NCBI GenBank assembly: GCA_037969075.1
Contig: JBBKWS010000149.1
Coordinates: 1-11,909 of the forward strand
Origin: Bdellovibrionales bacterium
Lineage (GTDB): Bacteria > Bdellovibrionota > Bdellovibrionia > Bdellovibrionales > UBA840
Direction: 5' to 3'
DNA: 11,909 nt
Of the stretch, positions 1 through 7,735 are shown piece by piece. Below the pieces are notes generated by a model. That model was not told the DNA's origin and did no database searches. It was given only the letters and a program-made list of their open reading frames with translations. Each line of letters opens with the position of its first letter. Position 1 is the first letter of the stretch. Both the position numbers and the translations under genes were made by a program.

Positions 1-150
1 ATCGAAAAAATCTTGGTTACGGATACCGTACCCTTGCACCAGGCAGCAAAAGATTGCGGTAAAATAGAGGTAGTTTCTGTAGCACCCGTGGTAGCACAAA
101 CAATTTTGCGCATCCATGGAAATGAGTCAGTTAGCGCGATGTTTTTATAG
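1..150 (+). CDS. prs: Ribose-phosphate pyrophosphokinase, C-terminal part (truncated by window edge)
   Basis: Frame +1 reads IEKILVTDTVPLHQAAKDCGKIEVVSVAPVVAQTILRIHGNESVSAMFL*, stop TAG at 148-150. VTDT(V/I)P and IHxxESVS match the PRPP synthetase C-terminus, and prs-rplY-pth-ychF is a well-known gene order. Confidence 0.95.
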   Translation: MEKILVTDTVPLHQAAKDCGKIEVVSVAPVVAQTILRIHGNESVSAMFL

Positions 151-156
151 AGAGGT
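151..156 (+). promoter_or_regulatory. Shine-Dalgarno for rplY
   Basis: AGAGGT ending 6 nt before the ATG at 163. Confidence 0.6.
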
Positions 157-162
157 TAAGAG

Positions 163-864
163 ATGAGTGAAATCACATTACAAGTAAATTCTAGACAAGT
201 TGGTAAATCAGGTAGCCGTAAATTACGAGCTACAGAATGGACTCCTGCTGTTATCTACGGTCGTGACCTTGAAAGCACGCCAATTGCTATCGAGCAAAAG
301 TTGATAGCGAAATACCAAAAAGTATTAAGCCAAAACCCTATCTTTGTTTTAACTTCAGATGATAAAAAGTTAAACGGCTTAAATGCACTTATGAGAGAGG
401 TTACAGTTCACCCTGTAAATAGAAAGCCCGTTCATGTTGATTTGGTAGCAATTGCTGCCAACCAAACAATTACAGTTTCTGTTACAATCGAGCTACTAGG
501 CACTCCTAAGGGTGTTAAGGTCGAAGGTGGTAACTTATCATTTATCAATCACACAATTGAAGTTGAATGTTTACCAAAAAGTATTCCTCAGAAAATTCAG
601 TATGATATCTCTGACTTAGGACTTGATGAAGCAGTTCACGTTTCAGATCTAACAGTACCAGAAGGCGTTATAGTGTTAACTCCTGCTGATGTAACTATTT
701 GTAATATTCAAACTCTTAGAGAAGAAGAAGTTGCCGTTGCTGTTGCTGTTAGCCCAGCCGATGTTCCTTCTGCTACTGGTGCTCCTGATGCCGCTGCTGC
801 ATCTGCTACCGGCGCAAAAGCTGCTCCAGCAAAAGCTGCTCCAGCAAAGACTGATAAGAAGTAA
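163..864 (+). CDS. rplY: 50S ribosomal protein bL25, long Ctc-type with Ala/Pro/Lys-rich tail
   Basis: GKSGSRKLR...PAVIYG, HPVNRKPVHVD, C-terminal domain GVKVEGG...IEVECLPKSIP...HVSDL; lies between prs and pth. Confidence 0.97.
   Translation: MSEITLQVNSRQVGKSGSRKLRATEWTPAVIYGRDLESTPIAIEQKLIAKYQKVLSQNPIFVLTSDDKKLNGLNALMREVTVHPVNRKPVHVDLVAIAANQTITVSVTIELLGTPKGVKVEGGNLSFINHTIEVECLPKSIPQKIQYDISDLGLDEAVHVSDLTVPEGVIVLTPADVTICNIQTLREEEVAVAVAVSPADVPSATGAPDAAAASATGAKAAPAKAAPAKTDKK
814..848 (+). repeat. 15-nt tandem repeat (GCAAAAGCTGCTCCA x2 + GCAAA) encoding AKAAP-AKAAP-AK in the bL25 tail
   Basis: Exact copies at 814-828 and 829-843, partial copy at 844-848. Confidence 0.85.
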
Positions 865-885
865 TTGAACTTAAATGATATAAGG

Positions 886-914
886 AAAGGGCAGGCAACT
901 GCCCTTTTTTATTT
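886..914 (+). terminator. Intrinsic (rho-independent) terminator after rplY
   Basis: Perfect stem AAAGGGCAG (886-894) / CTGCCCTTT (899-907) with a GCAA (GNRA) loop, and a U-tract TTTTTTATTT (905-914). Confidence 0.85.
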
Positions 915-1493
915 ATGCACATGATTGTTGGACTCGGTAATCCGGGAGATAAATATAAGTATACCCGTCATAATATTGGTTTTTTAGCCATTGATGACTT
1001 ATTAGAAGATTTCGACTCCCCTCCAGCAAAAACTGAAAAAAAAGCTCATGTATTTAAACTAAAACACAAAGACCAACCTGTACTCTTTGTAAAACCACAG
1101 ACTTTTATGAACTTATCAGGCGAAGCTGTCGGTGAATTAATGCGTTACTACTCTGTGGAGATAGAAAACCTCTTAGTTCTGCACGATGAGGTGGATCTAG
1201 CCTATACCCATTTAAAATTTCATAAAGACAGAAGCGCTGGTGGAAATAATGGAATAAAAAGCATTATCCAACATTTGGGCACACAGAACTTTGCCAGACT
1301 AAGAATTGGCGTTGGCAGATCTTCTAATCCTGCTGTGGATACGGCAGCCCATGTATTGCAGATATTTTCAAAACAAGAGATGGAATACATGCCAGAACTT
1401 TTAGACTTATGCAGAGATGGTGTTTATACTTTTTTGACAGAAGGATTTTTAAAAGCTAGTAATAATTTTAACAATAAAAAGGTGGTTGAGTAA
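915..1493 (+). CDS. pth: Peptidyl-tRNA hydrolase
   Basis: IVGLGNPG, YTRHNIGF (catalytic His), KPQTFMNLSG, HDEVDL, RLRIGVGR motifs. Confidence 0.98.
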   Translation: MHMIVGLGNPGDKYKYTRHNIGFLAIDDLLEDFDSPPAKTEKKAHVFKLKHKDQPVLFVKPQTFMNLSGEAVGELMRYYSVEIENLLVLHDEVDLAYTHLKFHKDRSAGGNNGIKSIIQHLGTQNFARLRIGVGRSSNPAVDTAAHVLQIFSKQEMEYMPELLDLCRDGVYTFLTEGFLKASNNFNNKKVVE

Positions 1494-2590
1494 TGGCTTT
1501 ACAATGCGGAATCGTTGGACTCCCAAATGTCGGTAAAAGTACTTTGTTTAAAGCTCTTACTAAAGCGCCTGCAGAGGCGGCTAACTATCCTTTCTGCACG
1601 ATTGACCCAAACGTTGGTGTTGTTCATGTACCTGATGAGCGAATTACACAAATTTGCCAATTCGTGAAACCTAAATCAATCGTTCCTACCGTTATGGAAT
1701 TTGTGGATATAGCTGGCCTTGTAAAAGGAGCATCACAAGGAGAAGGCCTAGGAAATCAATTTTTAAGTCACATTAGACAAGTCGATGCCATTTTACATGT
1801 TGTTCGTTGCTTTCAAGATGAGAATATTGTCCATGTAGAAGGAAATATTGATCCTATCAGAGATATGGATGTGATTAACACTGAGTTAATGCTAGCAGAT
1901 TTGGATAGTATGCTTAAACGAATTCAGAAAGTTGAAAAGTTAGCAAAATCTGGAGATAAAAAAGCCATTGTTGAATTAGCACTATACACAAAGATTAAAG
2001 ATGCTCTAAATGAAGGTAAACCGGCTAGAGTGGTAGCTCCAGAATCGGAAGATGAAAAAAAATTATATAAAGAATTACACTTACTAACATCCAAAGCAGT
2101 TTTATATGTTTGTAACGTTGCCGAAGATGATATGAAAAAAGGTAATGATTTTAGTAATAATGTAGCTGCACGCGCAAAAGAAGAAGGTAACGAGTCTATT
2201 ATTATCAGCGGGGCTATCGAATCCGAACTTTCACAACTAAGTGATGAGGAGAGAGCTGAATATCTTCAAAGTCTTGATATTACAGAACCAGGGGTTCAGC
2301 GTTTAATCAAGTCGGCTTACAAGTTATTAGGTCTTGAAACTTATTTTACCGCTGGTGAAAAAGAAGTTCGCGCATGGACAATTTTGCATGGTACAAAGGC
2401 ACCCCAAGCTGCCGGAGTTATTCATACTGATTTTGAACGTGGCTTTATTCGCGCCGAAACTTACCACTGTACAGACCTATTTGAATTTAAATCCGAGCAA
2501 GCCATCAAAGAAGCCGGCAAGTACCGGTCTGAAGGTAAAGAATATGTGGTAAAAGATGGTGATGTATTGTTATTTAGATTTAATGTCTAG
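1493..2590 (+). CDS. ychF: Obg-family ribosome-binding ATPase YchF
   Basis: GIVGLPNVGKST, ANYPFCTIDPN, DIAGLVKGASQGEGLGNQFL, NVAE G4 motif, TGS-domain AGVIHTDFERGFIRAE; TAATG stop/start overlap with pth. Confidence 0.99.
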   Translation: MALQCGIVGLPNVGKSTLFKALTKAPAEAANYPFCTIDPNVGVVHVPDERITQICQFVKPKSIVPTVMEFVDIAGLVKGASQGEGLGNQFLSHIRQVDAILHVVRCFQDENIVHVEGNIDPIRDMDVINTELMLADLDSMLKRIQKVEKLAKSGDKKAIVELALYTKIKDALNEGKPARVVAPESEDEKKLYKELHLLTSKAVLYVCNVAEDDMKKGNDFSNNVAARAKEEGNESIIISGAIESELSQLSDEERAEYLQSLDITEPGVQRLIKSAYKLLGLETYFTAGEKEVRAWTILHGTKAPQAAGVIHTDFERGFIRAETYHCTDLFEFKSEQAIKEAGKYRSEGKEYVVKDGDVLLFRFNV

Positions 2591-2609
2591 ACAAAGGGCT
2601 AACGTCTGA

Positions 2610-2649
2610 TTGTAGCCCACAAAACATAGATGTATTCTTATAAAAAGGA
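2610..2649 (+). promoter_or_regulatory. Possible sigma70-type promoter and Shine-Dalgarno for the methyltransferase-like gene
   Basis: TTGTAG (2610-2615), 17 nt, TATTCT (2633-2638); AAAGGA (2644-2649) 5 nt before the ATG at 2655. The promoter match is weak. Confidence 0.35.
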
Positions 2650-2654
2650 CGTCT

Positions 2655-3407
2655 ATGAATTGGCAAAATTGTATTGAGCATTCAATTAAGTTTAAACTCC
2701 CTCCACCGGAATCTTACTTTCAAAAGTTAAAATCTCATGATGTGGGCTATGAGGGACAAAGCATACTTCTACTAACAGCTAACAATGGAAAGCTTGCGTT
2801 TGAGTTTGCTAAACGCGGACTGCATGTGACTGCCATAGATCAGTCCTCTGATTTCATTGAAGAGGCAAAGCAGCAGGCGGCGAAAAAAAATTTAAAAATA
2901 AATTTTAAACATTGTACCGCTGAAGACATTACATTGGATGCTCATAGTTATGATATTATCTTAATTCATCAGGGTTTAAAATATCTTCATATACCAAAGA
3001 TACTCACTGAGGCCAGAAGACTTTTAACTCCTGGGGGCGCTCTAGTCACATCTCACCTTAGATGGTTACCAAGGCTAGACATCGTAGCCAAAAAAAGTGA
3101 AGAGATTATTTTAAAGTATAATTCTAAGTGGGAAAATTTTGATTTTACCGGGGAAATATATCCTATGCCCAAGTGGGCCGAACAACACCTACAGCTTAGA
3201 GGGATGTTCTTTTATGATGAAAGTTTAATTTTTACTCAAGAGGACTGGATTGGCAGATTAAAAGCTAGTGGCAGTTTGTGTGGAATTCTATCCAGATCAA
3301 AACTTTTGGATTTCGAAAAAGACTTAACTGATGTCCTAAGTGAAATTAAAGATGGTGAGCTAGAAATTAGACACAGGATTGACGCTCATATTTTTCAATT
3401 TAAATAA
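2655..3407 (+). CDS. Class I SAM-dependent methyltransferase-fold protein with degenerate motif I
   Basis: VTAIDQS (beta2 acidic residue), TAEDI, SYDIIL, ARRLLTPGGAL are Methyltransf_11/25-like, but the expected DxGxGxG reads LLLTANNG. Confidence 0.8.
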   Translation: MNWQNCIEHSIKFKLPPPESYFQKLKSHDVGYEGQSILLLTANNGKLAFEFAKRGLHVTAIDQSSDFIEEAKQQAAKKNLKINFKHCTAEDITLDAHSYDIILIHQGLKYLHIPKILTEARRLLTPGGALVTSHLRWLPRLDIVAKKSEEIILKYNSKWENFDFTGEIYPMPKWAEQHLQLRGMFFYDESLIFTQEDWIGRLKASGSLCGILSRSKLLDFEKDLTDVLSEIKDGELEIRHRIDAHIFQFK

Positions 3408-3409
3408 CC

Positions 3410-4135
3410 ATGGCAAAAAAGAGAAAGAAATTTAATATATATTATCTAATACTGGGCCTAGCTATTGGTGTGCTTGGCCTAAATGTTTTAATAGGAGTAG
3501 TTAGAAAACCCGCACACCTATTAAATCCTATTTCAAAGTTTTTTTACAAAGTGCCATCACAGACATGGCAGTCGTACAAAACAGAATTTAAACAGTATGA
3601 AACAGATATTATCGACGCATCATTTTTGGCAGCCCTTGCGCAAACTGAAAGCTCAGGAAATCCAATCGCAACTGCATATTGGCATTTTTCATTCAAGCAA
3701 GATATACTCTCGATCTTCCAACCAGCCTCTTCATCTATAGGGCTTTACCAGATGACACTTGATACGTTTAAAGATGCCAAGCGATTTTGTTTTTCAGAAG
3801 ATGGAATAGACGTCGACCAAAACCGTTCCAACCTCAAAGCATGTTGGAGAAATAATTTTAGATTTCGCTTCTCTGCAGCTGATTCAATTCAGCTAACAAG
3901 TGCAAGACTAGATTATTACACTAAAACGGCAATTTCTAACTACAAAAAAACTTTATCTAAGACTACTAAGCAACAATTAGCAGCTATCATCCAACTTTGC
4001 GGACCTGGACGAGCTAAAGATTTTATTAACGGCGGCTTTTCTACTAAACGAATGAGACCATGCGGGTCGCATTCTGTATCAAATTATGTATCTCGTGTTT
4101 TTAAATATAAGAAGGTTTTTGCGTCTTTAGATTAG
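3410..4135 (+). CDS. Membrane-anchored lytic transglycosylase (SLT/GH23-like) protein
   Basis: Basic N-terminus (MAKKRKK) followed by a hydrophobic anchor; LAALAQTESSGNP (catalytic Glu80, ES motif); SIGLYQM (GLMQ-like); late NYVSRV helix. Confidence 0.8.
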   Translation: MAKKRKKFNIYYLILGLAIGVLGLNVLIGVVRKPAHLLNPISKFFYKVPSQTWQSYKTEFKQYETDIIDASFLAALAQTESSGNPIATAYWHFSFKQDILSIFQPASSSIGLYQMTLDTFKDAKRFCFSEDGIDVDQNRSNLKACWRNNFRFRFSAADSIQLTSARLDYYTKTAISNYKKTLSKTTKQQLAAIIQLCGPGRAKDFINGGFSTKRMRPCGSHSVSNYVSRVFKYKKVFASLD

Positions 4136-5022
4136 CGATTTTTTAACTGTGGATCAAAAGCATCTCTCAAACCATCACCCAATAAATTAAATGATAAAAT
4201 CACAACGTATAGGGCTACGCCTGGCGAGATAATTAAATGTGGATATGTACGTATAGCGCGCCACCCATCATTGGCAAGCACGCCCCATGAACTATACGGA
4301 GGCTGTAAACCCAGGCCAATAAAACTTAAAAAGCTTTCAAATAAAATATTAGCTGGAATCTGAAACGTTAGCGTAACAATGATCGGTCCTAAAATATTAG
4401 GCAGGATATGTCTTAATATTATTGAAAATCCTCCTACACCAATTGATTGTGCTGCTTCTACATATAACATTTCTTTTGTCTGTAGAACCTGGCCACGAAC
4501 CAACCTGGCTACCCCTACCCAACCCACAACCGTGAGCGCTAAAAAAATACCAGTAAGCGCTTTATATTTTGGATCATCAAATATATCAAAAGAGTTAAAA
4601 ATAACCATTACTAAGATAAGCAGCACTAGTGTTGGGATAGCATATATTAAATCTACAAATCGCATCATTAATGAATCTACCCAACCACCAAACCAACCAG
4701 ATATAGCACCGTAAATTACACCCATAATAAGGGAAACGATAGAGGTAAAGAAACCCACTGCCATAGAAACTTGTGCACCATGGATCAAACGAGATAACAT
4801 GTCTCTACCTAAGCCGTCAGTACCAAGAACATGTGGGTAGCCAAAAGATTGATACATATTTCCTATGTCTTGCTTAGTAAAAGAAAATGGAGATATCCAC
4901 TCTGCAAAAACAGCAACAAGCGTAGTAACAACAATAATTATTGTAGATATGAGTGCTGCTTTATTCTTAAATAAACGTCTGAGTGCATCTTTATATAAAC
5001 TATTACTTTTTTTTTGTGTCAT
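4132..5022 (-). CDS. oppC: Oligopeptide ABC transporter permease, OppC/DppC family
   Basis: HVLGTDGLGRD, YVEAAQSIG (EAA loop), RHILPN, ESFLSFIGLG, FNLLGDGLRDAFDP. Confidence 0.95.
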   Translation of the reverse strand: MTQKKSNSLYKDALRRLFKNKAALISTIIIVVTTLVAVFAEWISPFSFTKQDIGNMYQSFGYPHVLGTDGLGRDMLSRLIHGAQVSMAVGFFTSIVSLIMGVIYGAISGWFGGWVDSLMMRFVDLIYAIPTLVLLILVMVIFNSFDIFDDPKYKALTGIFLALTVVGWVGVARLVRGQVLQTKEMLYVEAAQSIGVGGFSIILRHILPNILGPIIVTLTFQIPANILFESFLSFIGLGLQPPYSSWGVLANDGWRAIRTYPHLIISPGVALYVVILSFNLLGDGLRDAFDPQLKNR

Positions 5023-6092
5023 GATAGTTTAATCCTTGGATCGACAATAGCGTATAACAAATCAACAATTAAATTTGCTGCTACTAGTATTGCTGAATAC
5101 AAAAGGGTTAATCCCAAAATCAGCGGATAGTCTCTGTTACTTACACTTTGTACAAAGTGTTTACCCATTCCTGGTACAGCGAAAATAATTTCAATCACAA
5201 ATGTTCCTGAAAGGAGCCCAGCAATTAGTGGTCCAGACATCGTTAGCACGGGTATTAAAGAGTTGCGCAGCACATGCTTATATAGCACTACCTGCTCAGA
5301 GAGCCCTTTGGATTTAGCTGTACGTATAAAATCTGATCTAATAACATCTAGAACACTAGATCTTGTAAGCCTTGCAATGACAGCAGCTGGCCTTATCCCT
5401 AAAGTTATGACCGGCATAATATAATAAATTGGTCCATCCCAAAGTGCAGGCGGGAGCCACCCAAGCCAAAAGCTAAAAATAATAATTAATATGGGTGCCA
5501 CTAAAAAGCTAGGTAGCGCTACCCCACTGTTGGCGATGAACATGAGGAAAGAATCCCACCACGTATTGTGTCTTGCCGCCGCATACAGACCAAGCGGGAT
5601 ACCAAATAAGTAGGCAATGATTAATGAATAAAACCCCAGTTTGAAAGACGCGGGAAACGACTCAGTAATAATATCACTTACACTTCTACCGATGTATTTA
5701 TAAGAATACCCTAAATCACCTCTGAATAAGTCAGTAATATAAATTAGATATTGCTGCACTAAAGGTTTATCAAGGTTATATTTGGCATTTATATTCGCCA
5801 TAATTTCAGGTGGAAGCGCCTTATCTGAGTCAAAAGGCCCGCCAGGAATTGTGCGCAAAAGTATAAATGTAACCGAAGCAATTACAAATACTGTCAAAAA
5901 GGCTTCAAAGGTTCGCTTGGTTACAAAAACAGCCATTTTTTGTTTTACAACTACATGAATAAAACCAACTAAAGCAGTTACCCATAGTAAGTGAAACGTT
6001 ATCTCAACAATTAAACCCTCTAGCTGTAGAAGGTCTAATGCTATCGTTTGAAAAACTAGATAAGCTAAGAGATAACCAATCACGCGTCCCAT
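5019..6092 (-). CDS. oppB: Oligopeptide ABC transporter permease, OppB/DppB family, with N-terminal hydrophobic extension
   Basis: IPGGPF, GDLGYS, DFIRTAKSKGL, KHVLRNS, VIEIIFAVPGMG, NRDYP, DLLYAIVDPRI; ATGA overlap with oppC. An alternative shorter start exists at 5936. Confidence 0.93.
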   Translation of the reverse strand: MGRVIGYLLAYLVFQTIALDLLQLEGLIVEITFHLLWVTALVGFIHVVVKQKMAVFVTKRTFEAFLTVFVIASVTFILLRTIPGGPFDSDKALPPEIMANINAKYNLDKPLVQQYLIYITDLFRGDLGYSYKYIGRSVSDIITESFPASFKLGFYSLIIAYLFGIPLGLYAAARHNTWWDSFLMFIANSGVALPSFLVAPILIIIFSFWLGWLPPALWDGPIYYIMPVITLGIRPAAVIARLTRSSVLDVIRSDFIRTAKSKGLSEQVVLYKHVLRNSLIPVLTMSGPLIAGLLSGTFVIEIIFAVPGMGKHFVQSVSNRDYPLILGLTLLYSAILVAANLIVDLLYAIVDPRIKLS

Positions 6093-6093
6093 G

Positions 6094-7683
6094 CTATTTT
6101 TTAAATCTAACTTTGTGGTACGGAAGATTGTTTAGCACATTAGCCGGATAATTTTCAACTCTATCAGAAACCAAATAGTGATGTACTGATGTAAAGAGAG
6201 GAATAGCAGGCACATCATCTTCCACTAAGATTTTTTGAGCCTTTTGGTAAATACCACGGCGCTTTTCTTTATCTAACTCAGAAGCAGCTTGAGTGATCAA
6301 CTTGTCGTAATCTTTATTTTTCCATCTGCTACGGTTATTTTGAGAGCTAGAAATCATCAAATTTAAAAAGTTATCCGGGTCTGGATAATCAGCAACCCAT
6401 CCCATTCTAAACATAGAGTGGGCATCCGCTTTTAAATTAGATAGATATACTTTCCACTCTTCATTTTTTAACTCTAAATTAATGCCTAAGTTTCTTTTTA
6501 ACTGTGCTTGCACATTTTCAGCAACTTTTTGGTGATTTTCATTTGTGTTAAATGCCAAAGTTAAACGAGGTACCTTTGCAGAATCACTGTAGCCTGCTTT
6601 TTTTAGAAATTCTTTTGCCTTCTCTATATCAAAATCTAATCCAATATCTGGTTCATAACCAAACATCCCTGATGGTACCCATGACTTTAATGGAATGTCT
6701 TGTGAACCCATTACTTCCACAATTTCTTTTTTATCAATTGCGTGCGCAATCGCTTTACGTAAATTTACATTGTTAAAAGGAGGTTTCTCAATATTGAACC
6801 CGTAGTATTGTAGCACCAAGAAACTATGCTTTCTATGTTCAGGTCTTTTTGTTAAAGATGCCATTTCTGACTTTGGCAACTCATCTAGGGCATCTAATTT
6901 TCCAGCATCAAAAAGATTAATGGCTGTCGATAACTCAGAAATCATATAATAAATTACGTTTTTAAGAACAGCTGGCTGTCCATGGTACTTATCATTTCTT
7001 TCCATTACTAATGCCTTATCATGATCCCATACTTTTAAAGTATAAGGTCCAAGTCCAACAAAGTTGTCGGCATCTGTCCACTTATCACCAAACTTTTCAA
7101 TCAAATCCTGGCGAACCGGAAATGTCGACGTATGAGTTAATAAGTAAGGAAAAAAGCTCATCGTGTTTTCTAGCTGCACTTCAATAGTTTGATCATCGAT
7201 AACTTTAATGCCTAATTCAGCTGCGTCTTTTACTTCACCCTTGCTAAACTTCTCACCGTTCTTAATATTATATAAAAAGTAAGCGTACTCTGAAGCTGTT
7301 GAGGGGCTTAGTAATCGTACCCAACCATCAACAACGTGTTTGGTAGTCAAAGGTACACCATCAGACCAAGTGACATTTTTACGTAAAGTAAAAGTCCAAG
7401 TTTTTGCATCTTTCGATGAAGTCCACTTTTCTGCTAGCCCTGGTTGAAGACTTAACTCTGGATCTTCAAAATTATATTCTGTTAAACCTTCCATTAAGTT
7501 ATCAACAATTCTAGACGAAGTTGTGTCTGTTGACTTGTTCCAATCAAGTGTTGGTGGCTCAGAGGCTATATGCACTCTAAGAGTGTCATTAAGCTCAAGA
7601 CCGTAATCAATTTTTGATGCTTTTCGTGTACAAGACACTGCTACTAATAAGCTGACAACTACCAAAGATATTATTTTTTTCAT
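6094..7683 (-). CDS. oppA: Peptide ABC transporter substrate-binding lipoprotein, OppA/MppA-like (SBP family 5)
   Basis: Lipoprotein signal ending VAVS-C; EPPTLD, LMEGLT, PGLAEKW, WTFTLR..WSDG, GPY, RMGWVADYPDPDNFL. Confidence 0.95.
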   Translation of the reverse strand: MKKIISLVVVSLLVAVSCTRKASKIDYGLELNDTLRVHIASEPPTLDWNKSTDTTSSRIVDNLMEGLTEYNFEDPELSLQPGLAEKWTSSKDAKTWTFTLRKNVTWSDGVPLTTKHVVDGWVRLLSPSTASEYAYFLYNIKNGEKFSKGEVKDAAELGIKVIDDQTIEVQLENTMSFFPYLLTHTSTFPVRQDLIEKFGDKWTDADNFVGLGPYTLKVWDHDKALVMERNDKYHGQPAVLKNVIYYMISELSTAINLFDAGKLDALDELPKSEMASLTKRPEHRKHSFLVLQYYGFNIEKPPFNNVNLRKAIAHAIDKKEIVEVMGSQDIPLKSWVPSGMFGYEPDIGLDFDIEKAKEFLKKAGYSDSAKVPRLTLAFNTNENHQKVAENVQAQLKRNLGINLELKNEEWKVYLSNLKADAHSMFRMGWVADYPDPDNFLNLMISSSQNNRSRWKNKDYDKLITQAASELDKEKRRGIYQKAQKILVEDDVPAIPLFTSVHHYLVSDRVENYPANVLNNLPYHKVRFKK

Positions 7684-7686
7684 GAT

Positions 7687-7735
7687 CCCTCCACTGGCAT
7701 CACAATGGAATAGCGAATGGCGGAGAAGGAGTCAA
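7687..7735 (-). promoter_or_regulatory. Candidate sigma70 promoter and Shine-Dalgarno for oppABC
   Basis: Minus strand: TTGACT (7735-7730), 17 nt, TATTCC (7712-7707); GGAGG (7692-7688) 4 nt before the ATG. The -35 is strong and the -10 imperfect. Confidence 0.5.

Noticed and set aside
721..864. Ala-rich low-complexity bL25 tail as a novel domain
   Set aside because: Low-complexity tails are normal in Ctc-type bL25; recorded only as a repeat.
1520..1560. YchF STLFKAL instead of the usual STLFNAL
   Set aside because: Single substitution after the P-loop; all nucleotide-binding motifs are intact.
2334..2552. 72-aa alternative-frame ORF inside ychF
   Set aside because: Fully nested in a highly conserved gene, TTG start, no recognisable motif.
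4379..4714. 111-aa plus-strand ORF
   Set aside because: Antisense shadow of oppC with no protein motif.
6552..6776. 74-aa plus-strand ORF
   Set aside because: Antisense to oppA, no SD or motif.
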